Shown here piece after piece: positions 18,845 to 28,582 of a stretch of DNA of 64,000 bases. Position 1 is the first letter of the stretch; every line of letters begins with the position of its first letter. Position numbers and translations under genes: made by a program. The stretch is from an uncultured Acidimicrobiales bacterium (GTDB taxonomy: Bacteria; Actinomycetota; Acidimicrobiia; Acidimicrobiales; UBA10347). Below the pieces are notes generated by a model. That model was not told the origin of the DNA. It worked only from the letters and a program-made list of their open reading frames with translations, and searched no databases. Where the stretch lies: contig CAWUSE010000004.1 in NCBI GenBank assembly GCA_963925805.1, positions 52,467 to 116,466 on the forward strand, written 5' to 3'.

Positions 18845-19611
18845 TGGTCCGTGTCTCCTTGATCGGTGCTATCGGTGTTTCGTGATGCGTGTTCCGAAGC
18901 TGGTCCACGGGCTTCGAAGCCCGTGTCGGTGAAGCCGACTTCGGTGCCGCGGTTGATACTGATCCAGTCGCGCGCCTCAAGGTACGGCTTAAAGGTGGTG
19001 GCGATGGCTTGCTCGTCGCGCTTGCGCTTGGGCTGTTGCAACTCGTACAGGTGCGGAAATTCGGTCCATGCTGTCACTGCGTCCCACAGACGTAGTGCAG
19101 CGGCGCCCATTGGGGGATCAATCAACACGGGACCAAAGAGTGCGTGGTCTCCAAAAAATAAGGTGGGCACGCCGTAGCCGCCAGCGTCCATGACGCGAGC
19201 ATGATCGGCCTTGATTTCGTCGTGGGTTGTCTCGTCAGCGATGGATTGGTCGACGACGTCGGGATCCAACCCAAGCTCACTGAGAAGCATCCGGGCGACG
19301 TCGCGATCATGGACTCGCTGACCCTCTTCGTGCAATGCCCGTCCCGAACGCTCATACCAGCGATCTAAATCATCCATACTGTTGCGCCGCAGGATCGCTC
19401 CAATGCGCATGATCGACCACCCGTAGGACCAGTCGCGCTCCCACGGGTGCTTCTTGCCCTCTATTCGGTTGACTTCTTCGAGGCTGAAGAATTTCCAGTT
19501 GATCTCAAGACCGTTTTGCCTGCGGACATCGCGAATCCACTTTGCGGTCTGATAGGCGTAGGGGCAGAGCACGTCGAAGTGGAAGTCGACGGTCGAAGTA
19601 GAGGGGCTCAT
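18841..19611 (-). CDS. DsbA-like thioredoxin-fold protein, Rv2466c-type, monothiol variant
   Basis: [35 protein letters not shown] and LWDAVT....FPHLYEL parallel Rv2466c as I recall it (FWFDPLCPWCW..., GTPTIHVNGVAFFGPVL, LWDA......YPHFFEL). The active site reads CPYA instead of CPWC. Confidence 0.7.
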   Translation of the reverse strand: MSPSTSTVDFHFDVLCPYAYQTAKWIRDVRRQNGLEINWKFFSLEEVNRIEGKKHPWERDWSYGWSIMRIGAILRRNSMDDLDRWYERSGRALHEEGQRVHDRDVARMLLSELGLDPDVVDQSIADETTHDEIKADHARVMDAGGYGVPTLFFGDHALFGPVLIDPPMGAAALRLWDAVTAWTEFPHLYELQQPKRKRDEQAIATTFKPYLEARDWISINRGTEVGFTDTGFEARGPASEHASRNTDSTDQGDTDQ

Positions 19612-19696
19612 GGCAACTCCTTGCGGTTGTTCAAGAGCCTATTGCTGGGGTCAGCCTCGAGACAAAGTGCGGCCCAACGAGTTGCAATGAGCCGCA

Positions 19697-20569
19697 GTGC
19701 AGGCGAAGCTGCCCGGGATGACTACGTCAAAGTTTGTTCCCGTCGCTGTGCTTCCTGACGATCCCGAGGGTGATGATTCCTGGTTGTTCTCGCGTGGCGG
19801 GCAGGTGCTTTTAGTCGACGATATGACAACCGGTATGCGTCCTCTGACGACCGACGAGGCTAAACAGCTGACAGACCATATCGCCAAGCCTTTGGTGCTC
19901 GGGCGGTTCGAGAATGAGACGGCGCACTGGTGGACTGGTCAAGTCTCCGACGAGTTCGACCCGTTCGATGCACCGTTTCCCGGCTTGGTATTTTCTGACC
20001 TACGGCGACTGCTTGGGACGCTCGACCCTGCGATCTGGAATGTGGCCGGTCGCGCCACTCAGATTACCGACTGGTATCGCGACCATCAGATGTGTGGCCG
20101 TTGCGGTGCGCAGATGGAAATGGACCCCAATGAGCGGTCCATGAAATGCCCCGTAGACGGCCTGGTTTCCTACCCGCGACTCTCGCCGGCGGTGATCATG
20201 CTGGTCGAGCACCCCGACGGCCGAGCCTTGCTTGCCACCAATGTTGCATGGCGAGGTCCGAAGCCTATGTACTCAACGCTTGCCGGGTTTGTCGAGCCAG
20301 GCGAGTCACTCGAAGACTGCGTGCACCGTGAGGTCATGGAAGAGGTCGGGGTTTCTGTCGACAACGTTCGCTACTTTGACAGCCAACCGTGGCCGTTCCC
20401 GAACTCATTGATGCTCGGTTTCTTCGCGACCTACGTGAGCGGTGACATCACACCAGCGCCCGACGAGATTGCTGATGCCCAATGGTTTTCTAGGGATGAC
20501 TTACCAAATATTCCGCCTCGGGCCAGCATTGCCCGAGCGCTGATCGACGACTGGCTATCCCGTAGCTAG
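19697..20569 (+). CDS. nudC: NAD(+)/NADH diphosphatase NudC
   Basis: Zinc-ribbon region CGRCG...KCP, Nudix box GFVEPGESLEDCVHREVMEEVGV, and the NudC-specific SQPWPFPNS motif. Start is either GTG 19697 or ATG 19718. Confidence 0.85.
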   Translation: MQAKLPGMTTSKFVPVAVLPDDPEGDDSWLFSRGGQVLLVDDMTTGMRPLTTDEAKQLTDHIAKPLVLGRFENETAHWWTGQVSDEFDPFDAPFPGLVFSDLRRLLGTLDPAIWNVAGRATQITDWYRDHQMCGRCGAQMEMDPNERSMKCPVDGLVSYPRLSPAVIMLVEHPDGRALLATNVAWRGPKPMYSTLAGFVEPGESLEDCVHREVMEEVGVSVDNVRYFDSQPWPFPNSLMLGFFATYVSGDITPAPDEIADAQWFSRDDLPNIPPRASIARALIDDWLSRS

Positions 20570-20662
20570 TTCAGGCTTGCCGTGGTCACGGCCCTGCTGA
20601 GGCATGGCTGAAAACACTCTGTTAGATATTTCTACTAGGGAGGACATCGGGTTGCGTGCTCA

Positions 20663-20690
20663 GTCGATTGGACCGCGTCGATTGGACCGC
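20663..20690. repeat. Perfect tandem duplication of a 14-bp unit
   Basis: GTCGATTGGACCGC occurs twice back to back in the convergent gap between nudC and tauE. Confidence 0.9.
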
Positions 20691-20793
20691 TATGTACGAA
20701 GCGTTGCAGCCACAATTTGTCATGCTACGAACTTAGAGCCAAGCCAGGTGAGGGCTGATTTTTCTCGGCGCCGTTACACCGAACGACGTGTGT

Positions 20794-21540
20794 CTAAAAG
20801 ACCCAATCCCAGACCCCGAGCAGGCGCAGCGCCAATGCAATAGCGGCGACGATCATCACGATGCGGATCCACTTCTCGCCACCTCGGACTGCGAACTTGG
20901 CGCCGATCCAGCCGCCAGCGCTCAGGCCGACGGCGAGGAGAAAGGCTGGTCCCCATCGGATATCACCCTGGATGATGAAGATTGGCAGCGCTATTATCGT
21001 TGCGAAAAATATGAAGATGACCTTGACCACGTTGGCGCTGATCAGGTCATAACCGGACCGACTCAACGCAGCGAGAAGGACTAGGCCAACGCCAGCCTGG
21101 ATTGCGCCGGCGTACAACCCAATACAGAAGAACACGCCAATCGTGACATTGCGAGACCAGGGCTCGGCTTCGGCATCGACTTTCGGCTTGAAGATCGTTA
21201 GCAAGATCAGAGGGATCATGATCAGACCGAAGACACGTTCGAACGTTTCGTCGGTCAAGCGACTGATGCCGTAAGCGCCGACGAGCGACCCGACGAGCGC
21301 AGGTGCCACAATCGGCGCCAGGTTCTTCGGTATCTGCACGCCCTCGCTTCGGTATGACTGCAGAGACGACACATTTGAGGTCAAAATGCCGACTCGGTTC
21401 GAACCATTAGCGGCCACGCCGGGCACGCCGGCCAGAACAAGCAGGGGCACCGTCAACATCGAACCGCCGCCAGCCATTGCGTTTACCGCACCAGCGAACG
21501 CACCTCCGAGAAGGAGAAGAACTGCCTCGTACCAGGTCAC
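20794..21540 (-). CDS. TauE/SafE (TSUP) family anion exporter
   Basis: 248 aa polytopic membrane protein with the TSUP pattern AMAGGGSMLTVPLLVLAG in the first half; the second half has the matching topology. Confidence 0.85.
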   Translation of the reverse strand: MTWYEAVLLLLGGAFAGAVNAMAGGGSMLTVPLLVLAGVPGVAANGSNRVGILTSNVSSLQSYRSEGVQIPKNLAPIVAPALVGSLVGAYGISRLTDETFERVFGLIMIPLILLTIFKPKVDAEAEPWSRNVTIGVFFCIGLYAGAIQAGVGLVLLAALSRSGYDLISANVVKVIFIFFATIIALPIFIIQGDIRWGPAFLLAVGLSAGGWIGAKFAVRGGEKWIRIVMIVAAIALALRLLGVWDWVF

Positions 21541-21661
21541 TTAGCGAGGGTAGCCCGCGAGTGTTCACCGCAGCCCTTTGGGGTCGCAGCGGCTATTTCG
21601 AACGTCAGTATCGGATCCATTTGGGCATCGTCCTGGGGCCAATGCCTGTAGCTAGGTTGTA

Positions 21662-23275
21662 TTAGTTGCCTCGAACCTGGGGCAGGCGCAGGAATGGCCA
21701 TGGATTGGGCATGGCGTCTACGGTGACTTCGACGAGGCACGGCCCATCGTGGTTGATCGACTCGCCCAGTGCTGGTCGCAACGATTCGGGTGAGTCGGCG
21801 TGCCAGTACTTCACACCGAACGCGTCGGCAAGCTTGGCCATATCTGGGTTCTGCAACGTGCTCGCGATGGTCCGATCTTCGCCGAACCGTTCCTGCTGGA
21901 TGCGTTTGACATTGCCATAGGCATTGTTGTTGAACAGCAAGATGTTGCACGGGATGTTGTGTTGCGCTGCGGTGGCCAACTCGGTCGCTGTAAATAGGAA
22001 ACCGCCGTCGCCGGTCACACCAACGACTGGCCGGTCCGTGGCTGCCGATGCACCAATCGCCACGGCTGTTCCTGCTCCCAATGTCCCTGCCGCTCCAGAT
22101 GACAGGAATGTGCGCGGCTTCAGATGGTCATAGAACAGATGGGCAGCAAAGCCGATCTGGGTAACGTCCTCAACCATCACGCCGTCGTCGGGGAGCACGT
22201 CGCGAATTGCAGCGGTGTACGACAGTTGCGGTTCGAGATGTGACGTACGGTCTTGGAACGACGCACGGAGTGCGTTGAGTTCGGGGATCCGGGATGGTCG
22301 ATTCAGTGGCCCGATCGCATCGATCAGTGCCCGGCAGGCCAGATCGGCATCAGAGTGGATGCCGACATCGGTGATGCCGTGGCGGTCGAGTTCGGTCTCG
22401 TCGACGTTGATCTGGATGAGGGTCAGGTCATCGTCATAACCCCACGAACCAAGAGGCCATTCGATGCGGCTACCAATACCGACCACGACATCGGCGGTCG
22501 GCCACAGGTCGTGGGCTGAGGTAATTGGGACCATGAGCGGGTGCTGAGTTGGCAGCACGCCATGGCCCATCCGGCGGGTGGTCACGGCAGCCTGCACGAG
22601 TTCGGCCAGTTCGGCGACGGACTCTCCAGCGTCGTACGCGCCAGAACCAATCACGAATAGTGGCCGTTCGGCCGAAGCAATGATTGCAGCGGCCTTCTCG
22701 ATGAGTGCGGGGTCAGGGCTCGGCATGGTGGCGTTCGGCGTAGTGATGGACCCTGGCGCGGGTTTCGCCCAGACGTCGACCGGGACCTCGATGCTGACTG
22801 GGCGAGGCAGCCCCGAATGGACTAGGTCGAGCGCGTTCTGGATCTCGGCTGCTGCAGTTGCGGGGTCATGTACGACGGCTGTGTGCTTAGTGAGCTGGCG
22901 CAGAATCGCTGTTTGGTCGGGAAGGTCGTGTAACGCCCCGAAGTGACGTCCCTGCTGCGAGGTCGCAATTTGGCCGATGACAGCTAACACTCGTGCATAG
23001 CCCCAGTAGGCACTGGTCAACGCGCCTGACGCGTTCAACATGCCAGGGCCAGGCACCACACAACAGGCTGCGGGCTTGCCCGTGACTTGCGCAGCCCCCA
23101 TGGCCATATACGCGGCGCCCTGTTCGTGGCGGGTAACGATGGGACGAATCTCGGGTGCGTCGACGAGCGCATTGAAGAAGTCGTCGTTCTGCACGCCCGG
23201 AATACAAAAGAGTTGATCGATACCGCTGCGCTTCAACGCATCGATAACTAGATGAGCCACGCTCTGTTCAGACAT
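21662..23275 (-). CDS. Thiamine-diphosphate-dependent enzyme (acetolactate-synthase/AruI-like); substrate not assignable
   Basis: N-terminal PYR domain (IPGV...HEQGAAYMA.G...TGKP...VPGPGMLN) and C-terminal ThDP motif GDGGF-x24-NN (TGDGGFLFTATELATAAQHNIPCNILLFNNNAYG). Confidence 0.85.
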   Translation of the reverse strand: MSEQSVAHLVIDALKRSGIDQLFCIPGVQNDDFFNALVDAPEIRPIVTRHEQGAAYMAMGAAQVTGKPAACCVVPGPGMLNASGALTSAYWGYARVLAVIGQIATSQQGRHFGALHDLPDQTAILRQLTKHTAVVHDPATAAAEIQNALDLVHSGLPRPVSIEVPVDVWAKPAPGSITTPNATMPSPDPALIEKAAAIIASAERPLFVIGSGAYDAGESVAELAELVQAAVTTRRMGHGVLPTQHPLMVPITSAHDLWPTADVVVGIGSRIEWPLGSWGYDDDLTLIQINVDETELDRHGITDVGIHSDADLACRALIDAIGPLNRPSRIPELNALRASFQDRTSHLEPQLSYTAAIRDVLPDDGVMVEDVTQIGFAAHLFYDHLKPRTFLSSGAAGTLGAGTAVAIGASAATDRPVVGVTGDGGFLFTATELATAAQHNIPCNILLFNNNAYGNVKRIQQERFGEDRTIASTLQNPDMAKLADAFGVKYWHADSPESLRPALGESINHDGPCLVEVTVDAMPNPWPFLRLPQVRGN

Positions 23276-23511
23276 GCGCAGACTCTATTAGTTTTTTGAG
23301 GCTTGCTTCGCGGAGGCCGACTCGTTGGCGCGGAGTCTGGCGTGAGTTTTGTGCACCGGGCTTCGTCCTGTGAGGCTTTGTCGCCTTGCTTCGCGGCGCT
23401 GATCCTTTGGCACGGGTGGTTGCACGAGTCCGGGCCACCGAGCCTGGTCTCTCTGCGCTGAACTGGTTCCGGAGTTTGGGACGCACGCGTCCAGCGGTTG
23501 AGAATGGACCT

Positions 23512-25284
23512 ATGACCAACCCGATCCGTATCGCGAATTGTTCTGGCTTCTTCGGAGACCGGCCCTCGGCCGCTCGTGAGATGGTCGACGGTGGGCCTAT
23601 AGACGTGCTTACCGGTGACTGGTTGGCAGAACTCACTATGTTGATCCTGAGCAGGATCAAGGCAAAGCATCCGACCGGTGGCTTCGCTCGCACGTTTGTG
23701 CAGCAAATGGAAGATGTGATGGGAACATGTCTGGATCGCGGTATCAAGGTGGTCACCAATGCAGGTGGGCTTTCGCCTGAGGGATGCGCTGACGCCGTTG
23801 CCGAGGTCGCCGACAAGCTTGGGCTCTCGCCAACCATTGCCTATGTCGATGGCGATGATCTATTGCCACGAGTCGATCAGCTCGCTGCCTCGGGTTCGCT
23901 CGAGCCATTCAACGCTGGCGGCGATCTTGGCGATCTGTCCAATTATGTGAGCGCCAACGCCTATCTGGGTTGCTTCGGCATCGTGGAGGCGCTGAATAAG
24001 GGCGCTGACATCGTGATCACCGGACGAGTCACCGATGCCGCTGTTGTCTGCGGGCCCGCTGCATGGCATCACGGCTGGAGCAAGACCGACCTGGACCAGT
24101 TGGCCGGAGCGGTTGCAGCGGGACACGTTATTGAATGCAGTGGCCAGGCCACTGGGGGCAATTACTCGTTTTTTCACGAGATCGAGGGCTATACCGAAGT
24201 TGGTGGCCGAGCACGGTTCGGTTTTCCTTGGGCCGATATTGCAGCCGATGGATCGTGCGTGATCGGGAAACACGACGGCACGGGCGGTGTCGTGAACACG
24301 GAGACCGTGACCAGCCAGCTTCTGTATGAAATTGGATCGCCCTCCTATCTCGGTCCCGACGTAACCACCAGGTTTGAGACGATTGAACTTGAGCAGGTCG
24401 GGCGTGACCGGGTGCGCATATCTGGGGCCAGGGGCGAAGCGCCTCCTACGACGCTCAAGGTCGCAATGAACGAGATGGGTGGCTACCGCAATAGCTTCAG
24501 CGTGGCATTAACGGGGCTCGATATCGAAGAGAAGGCTGCCCTCGTCGAGGCAGCCTTCTGGGATGCCTGCCCGTATACCGCGGATGACTTCGAGTCGATC
24601 ACCGCCCGACTGATTCGCACCGACAAACAGGATCCAGGGACACAGGAGGAAGCGACTGCGATTTGGCGCGTCACCGTAAAGGACCACGACGAACGCAAGG
24701 TTGGTCGGGCGTTCTCGAACGCCAACGCCCACACTGCACTTAGCTCAATCCCTGGCATGTACGGCTTAAGCGGGGGACCTAGCGCTGCTTCGCCTTATGG
24801 CGTCTATCGTCCGGCCACCGTGCCCAGTGACCTGGTGCCGCAGTACGTTCATATCCGCGGCGGCGACACCGTACAGATCGATTCGGTCGCACCCATTGGT
24901 GAGGCCTTGGACATCGTTATCGCTTCGACCCTGGCGTGGGCTCATGAGCCAACGACCATGGCGCCTCTTGGCCGGATCGCAGGCGCTCGCTCGGGTGACA
25001 AAGGAGGCGATGCAAATGTGGGCGTCTATGCCCGAACCGACGCGGGGTGGACTTGGCTTGATCACTTTCTGACAGTTGCGAAGATCCAAGAGCTCCTGCC
25101 AGAAACGGTCGACCTCGTAGTAGAGAAGCATCGGCTTCCCAATATTCGGTCGATGAACTTTCTGATTCGCGGGCTACTCGAAGAAGGTGTTGCCGCGTCA
25201 ACTCGCCAGGATGGCCAGGCGAAAGCAGTCGGCGAATGGCTCCGGGCGCGCATGGTGCCGATCCCCAACAGCCTTCTTAGCTGA
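23512..25284 (+). CDS. AtuA-family protein (DUF1446, acyclic-terpene-utilisation-like)
   Basis: NPIRIANCSGFFGDRPSAAREMV.GGPIDVLTGDWLAELTM is the characteristic AtuA N-terminus. About 590 aa from ATG 23512; the ORF-track start at 23386 is rejected. Confidence 0.8.
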   Translation: MTNPIRIANCSGFFGDRPSAAREMVDGGPIDVLTGDWLAELTMLILSRIKAKHPTGGFARTFVQQMEDVMGTCLDRGIKVVTNAGGLSPEGCADAVAEVADKLGLSPTIAYVDGDDLLPRVDQLAASGSLEPFNAGGDLGDLSNYVSANAYLGCFGIVEALNKGADIVITGRVTDAAVVCGPAAWHHGWSKTDLDQLAGAVAAGHVIECSGQATGGNYSFFHEIEGYTEVGGRARFGFPWADIAADGSCVIGKHDGTGGVVNTETVTSQLLYEIGSPSYLGPDVTTRFETIELEQVGRDRVRISGARGEAPPTTLKVAMNEMGGYRNSFSVALTGLDIEEKAALVEAAFWDACPYTADDFESITARLIRTDKQDPGTQEEATAIWRVTVKDHDERKVGRAFSNANAHTALSSIPGMYGLSGGPSAASPYGVYRPATVPSDLVPQYVHIRGGDTVQIDSVAPIGEALDIVIASTLAWAHEPTTMAPLGRIAGARSGDKGGDANVGVYARTDAGWTWLDHFLTVAKIQELLPETVDLVVEKHRLPNIRSMNFLIRGLLEEGVAASTRQDGQAKAVGEWLRARMVPIPNSLLS

Positions 25285-25684
25285 GAGCTGATTTGGGCGA
25301 ACACGATTGCGTTCGTCGTAGTCGCGGGTTCGTTTCTGGACTATGCCTGGTTTCTCGAATACAGATCGAACGCAGTGTTCTATTGGGCGAACGACAAATC
25401 TCGTTATGTCAGCAGGCACACACCTGTTATTCGACGCTGGTCAAACAACGGCGAGCATGGCGGCGAATCGGTTCCACAATGGCGACGCTTGAGTCTGGGG
25501 CACCGCTGACCAGCTTGATCAGGCCTATCGGTATCTGAGCGAAGAACCGAACTTTGAGGTCTGGGGTGAAGAGTCGGGGCGGGGACTGCGATGGCTATAC
25601 AAGGCCCGTTCGTTCCGCATAGGCGCGTCGAAGATCTACGCCCCAATTGGGTTGGTTCGCCCGTAACGGGCGAGACCACAGGCA

Positions 25685-26194
25685 TTAGTCAGGGCGAGAC
25701 ATGAGCGTGTCGAAGTCGACCAGGGTATGCACGGCTAGTTCCGTGATTGTTTCGGGTGTGGCCTTGTTGACGAGGACCGCCGATCCAACATAGGTGGCGC
25801 CGAGTGACCGGAGAATGGTGCATGCAGCGCGCATTGTGTTGCCGGTCGTGATCCAATCGTCGACGATCAGGACGCGGTCGCGAGTGTCCAGGTCGAACGA
25901 TCTGCCCACGAACGTGACGCTGCTACCCCGCCAGGTGGGAGCCGATTCGACTGGCATGTCAGCACCCGGATGGTTCTGGTCCTTCTTGCGAGCTAGGACA
26001 AGGCCGGCGCCGAGTTCAACCGCAACCAGGGCGCCCAGAATTGGACCCCGAGCTTCGGGTGCCAGAACGGCGGTCACACCCTGATGCCGGAAGGGGTCGG
26101 CGAGTGCTTTTCCGACTAGCGGCAGCAGTTCTGCGTTGCGTAAAACGCCGGCAACGTCGGGATGGTTGTTCACAAGTGGAAACGCGGACGTCAA
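25685..26194 (-). CDS. Type I phosphoribosyltransferase (adenine/purine PRT-like)
   Basis: PRPP-binding motif VLIVDDWITTGNT. 169 aa. Confidence 0.8.
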   Translation of the reverse strand: MTSAFPLVNNHPDVAGVLRNAELLPLVGKALADPFRHQGVTAVLAPEARGPILGALVAVELGAGLVLARKKDQNHPGADMPVESAPTWRGSSVTFVGRSFDLDTRDRVLIVDDWITTGNTMRAACTILRSLGATYVGSAVLVNKATPETITELAVHTLVDFDTLMSRPD

Positions 26195-26253
26195 ACGTGA
26201 AAGCGCGTTATTGGAGAGGAACTCCTCTGGTGTGTTTCCGATACTGTGAATGT

Positions 26254-27363
26254 ATGACCGATTCCGATCTTCTGGAAAGTCGGTGGGCGGCTATTTCGGC
26301 TCGTCTCATCGCCGACGGCGCCGATGCTCTTATTCTGAGCACCGGATTCGACCTCGTATACCTCAGCACCTATGACGCTCGTCGAAGCGAACGACTCACG
26401 GCGTTCGTTGCAATTCCGGGTGCAACCGCCGCACCGCGTCTGTTCGTTCCGAAGATCGAGATGCCTGAGGTTCCAAGGTCACCGGCTTTCGAAGTCGCCG
26501 GGTGGACCGATGATGAGGACCCCGTCGCAATGATCGCTGACCTGATCCAAGGCGCGCAGCGTGTGCTCGTATCAGACGAGATGTGGGCGCACTACCTGCT
26601 TCGGCTGAAGGCATTGATGCCGGATACTCAATTCGTTTCGCTGAGTGACAGCCTGGGCGGGCTCCGGTCGGTGAAGAGTGATGTTGAGATGCAGGCCTTG
26701 CAGACCGTTGGAACGCTGGCCAACGATGTCGCTGCACAGATTCAGCGAGGAGAAGTCCCTTTGGTCGGGCGCACCGAACTCGAGATAGCCGACGATGTCA
26801 TCGCCAGGTTGCTCGCCGTTGGTCACGAGCAGGTCGAGTTCTGCATCGTTGCATCTGGCCCGAACTCAGCGTCGCCTCATCACAATCCCACTGATCGAGT
26901 GGTGCAGCCAAACGAGATTGTCTTGTTCGATTTCGGTGGGAAACACCGTGGCTACTGCTCAGACATAACTCGCTGCGTGTTTACCGGTGTCGTCCCCGAC
27001 GACGTCGCATCGACCTATGCAACGCTCAAGAAAGCCCAGCAAGCGGCCGTCGACGCAGCTCGGCCTGGTGCTGCTCTCGGCGATGTTGATGCAGCCGCTC
27101 GTTCGGTTATTGCCGACGCAGGGTTCGGCGACAACTTCATCCATCGCACCGGTCATGGCATCGGCACCGAGGTGCACGAACAGCCCTATGTGAAAGCTGG
27201 TAACGACGACATCGTCGTCGTGGGTCATGCCTTCAGTATCGAACCCGGCATCTATTTCGAGGGTAAATGGGGGATTCGTCTCGAAGACATCGTCATTGTG
27301 CTCGACGACGGCGCATTGCGCTGCAGCACGACCGAACACGAGTTGGTCGAAGTCCACGCCTGA
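26254..27363 (+). CDS. M24-family metallopeptidase (Xaa-Pro aminopeptidase/dipeptidase)
   Basis: Pita-bread metal-ligand series DFGG..RGYCSDITR, HRTGHGIG, FSIEPGIY, GIRLED. ATG at 26254 (MTDSDLLESRW). Confidence 0.85.
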   Translation: MTDSDLLESRWAAISARLIADGADALILSTGFDLVYLSTYDARRSERLTAFVAIPGATAAPRLFVPKIEMPEVPRSPAFEVAGWTDDEDPVAMIADLIQGAQRVLVSDEMWAHYLLRLKALMPDTQFVSLSDSLGGLRSVKSDVEMQALQTVGTLANDVAAQIQRGEVPLVGRTELEIADDVIARLLAVGHEQVEFCIVASGPNSASPHHNPTDRVVQPNEIVLFDFGGKHRGYCSDITRCVFTGVVPDDVASTYATLKKAQQAAVDAARPGAALGDVDAAARSVIADAGFGDNFIHRTGHGIGTEVHEQPYVKAGNDDIVVVGHAFSIEPGIYFEGKWGIRLEDIVIVLDDGALRCSTTEHELVEVHA

Positions 27364-27384
27364 GCGGGCATGGGCCGAGGCGGT

Positions 27385-28293
27385 TTAGGGATGTCTGCCA
27401 GCAAACAATGGGTCGGTGCATCCCTGGATACCTTCACCACTCATATCGATAGCGAGTAAGGAACCAGCGGCTACGCCGCGACGGCGGGCGACACTCGACG
27501 TATCGTCGTTTCCTGCGTTGATCGATGTGATGAATAGTGTGTCCAAATTTGGCCCACCGAAACAGGGCATTGTTGGAAGTTCCACCGGTAGTTCTATGCG
27601 ACGTTCGACGCTGCCATCAGGAGCGACCCTGATGACTGCCCAGCCGCGCACAGACGCCGACCAGTAGTACCCGTCGGCGTCTACACAGGCTCCGTCGGGT
27701 TTGCCTTCGACCGCCTCATAATCAAAGAAGACACGTTCGTTTGAACGGTCACCGGTCGAGGCATCGTAGTCCCACGCGAGCACCTGCTGAGTTGGTGTAT
27801 CGGCCCAGTACATGATGTCGCGGTCGGTGTCGAACGCCAGACCGTTTGCCGTTCCGACTGCGCGGCGTAACGCTGTTGCGGTGCCGTCCGCCTCGATGCG
27901 GTGAAGTGAACCAACAAACTTGCCGGCGTTGGAGGCTTCAAACATGGTGCCCACGATGAAGCGGCCGGCAGGGTCGGTACGGCCATCGTTCATACGAATG
28001 CTTGCACCGGGTGACTCGAGCGTGACGAACGGCTGGGTCGCACCACTGGCCCAATCGAACCATACGATTTCGTGCTCGCTTGCTAACACGAGTTTGCCAG
28101 GGTCGCGGGTCAGCGCTAGTGAGCCTGGGCGCCCAGGTGTGGCTCTCTGCTCGTCAATGCCTGTGCTTGGGTTATAGCGATGCACGACACACCCATTGAT
28201 ATCGACCCAGTACAAAACCTGTTCGGCAACCGACCACAGCGGGTCCTCGCCCAGTTGAGCAGGCTGAGGAAGTACGACGTCGATAGTGGTCAC
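27385..28293 (-). CDS. SMP-30/gluconolactonase/LRE-family beta-propeller hydrolase
   Basis: GE.PLW......LYWVDI, R.NDG..DPAGRF..GTM, NGLAF, DG..VD..GYYW are the family hallmarks. Confidence 0.85.
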   Translation of the reverse strand: MTTIDVVLPQPAQLGEDPLWSVAEQVLYWVDINGCVVHRYNPSTGIDEQRATPGRPGSLALTRDPGKLVLASEHEIVWFDWASGATQPFVTLESPGASIRMNDGRTDPAGRFIVGTMFEASNAGKFVGSLHRIEADGTATALRRAVGTANGLAFDTDRDIMYWADTPTQQVLAWDYDASTGDRSNERVFFDYEAVEGKPDGACVDADGYYWSASVRGWAVIRVAPDGSVERRIELPVELPTMPCFGGPNLDTLFITSINAGNDDTSSVARRRGVAAGSLLAIDMSGEGIQGCTDPLFAGRHP

Positions 28294-28582
28294 AATTTCA
28301 GGCTAGTTTCCACTCGCTTAGGTTGATCCAATTCGGGACTCGTGGGCTGAACCGGTGGGACGCTGGCCTGAATAGGCGCGCGCTGGACGCTGCCATCGTT
28401 CACGGGTCGGCTTGCACATTTTTCAACCGTGCGCGAGGCATCAGCGCAAAGAGCGATTGGCCCGCCGACGAGAGCAGACGAGACCACCTGGTCTGTGGGG
28501 CCGTCTAAACGATTCTTTGCGTGCCATGTTGACACCGCCTATAAAAATCACGTTGGTTTGTTTAAATCACAGCGAACGTCGG

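Noticed and set aside
21662-23275. Calling the ThDP enzyme sulfoacetaldehyde acetyltransferase (Xsc) because TauE is adjacent
   Set aside because: The N-terminal and ThDP-motif regions look like generic acetolactate-synthase/AruI-type enzymes and do not match Xsc as I recall it. Adjacency alone is insufficient, so I kept the generic call.
23386-23511. Long N-terminal extensions offered by the ORF track (also 4451-4582, 26041-26253, 10870-11022, 11355-11492, 40304-40432, 31044-31145)
   Set aside because: The extensions are Arg-rich or low-complexity, overlap neighbouring genes or AT-rich promoters, and precede internal ATG/GTG codons that have Shine-Dalgarno sequences and family-typical N-termini.
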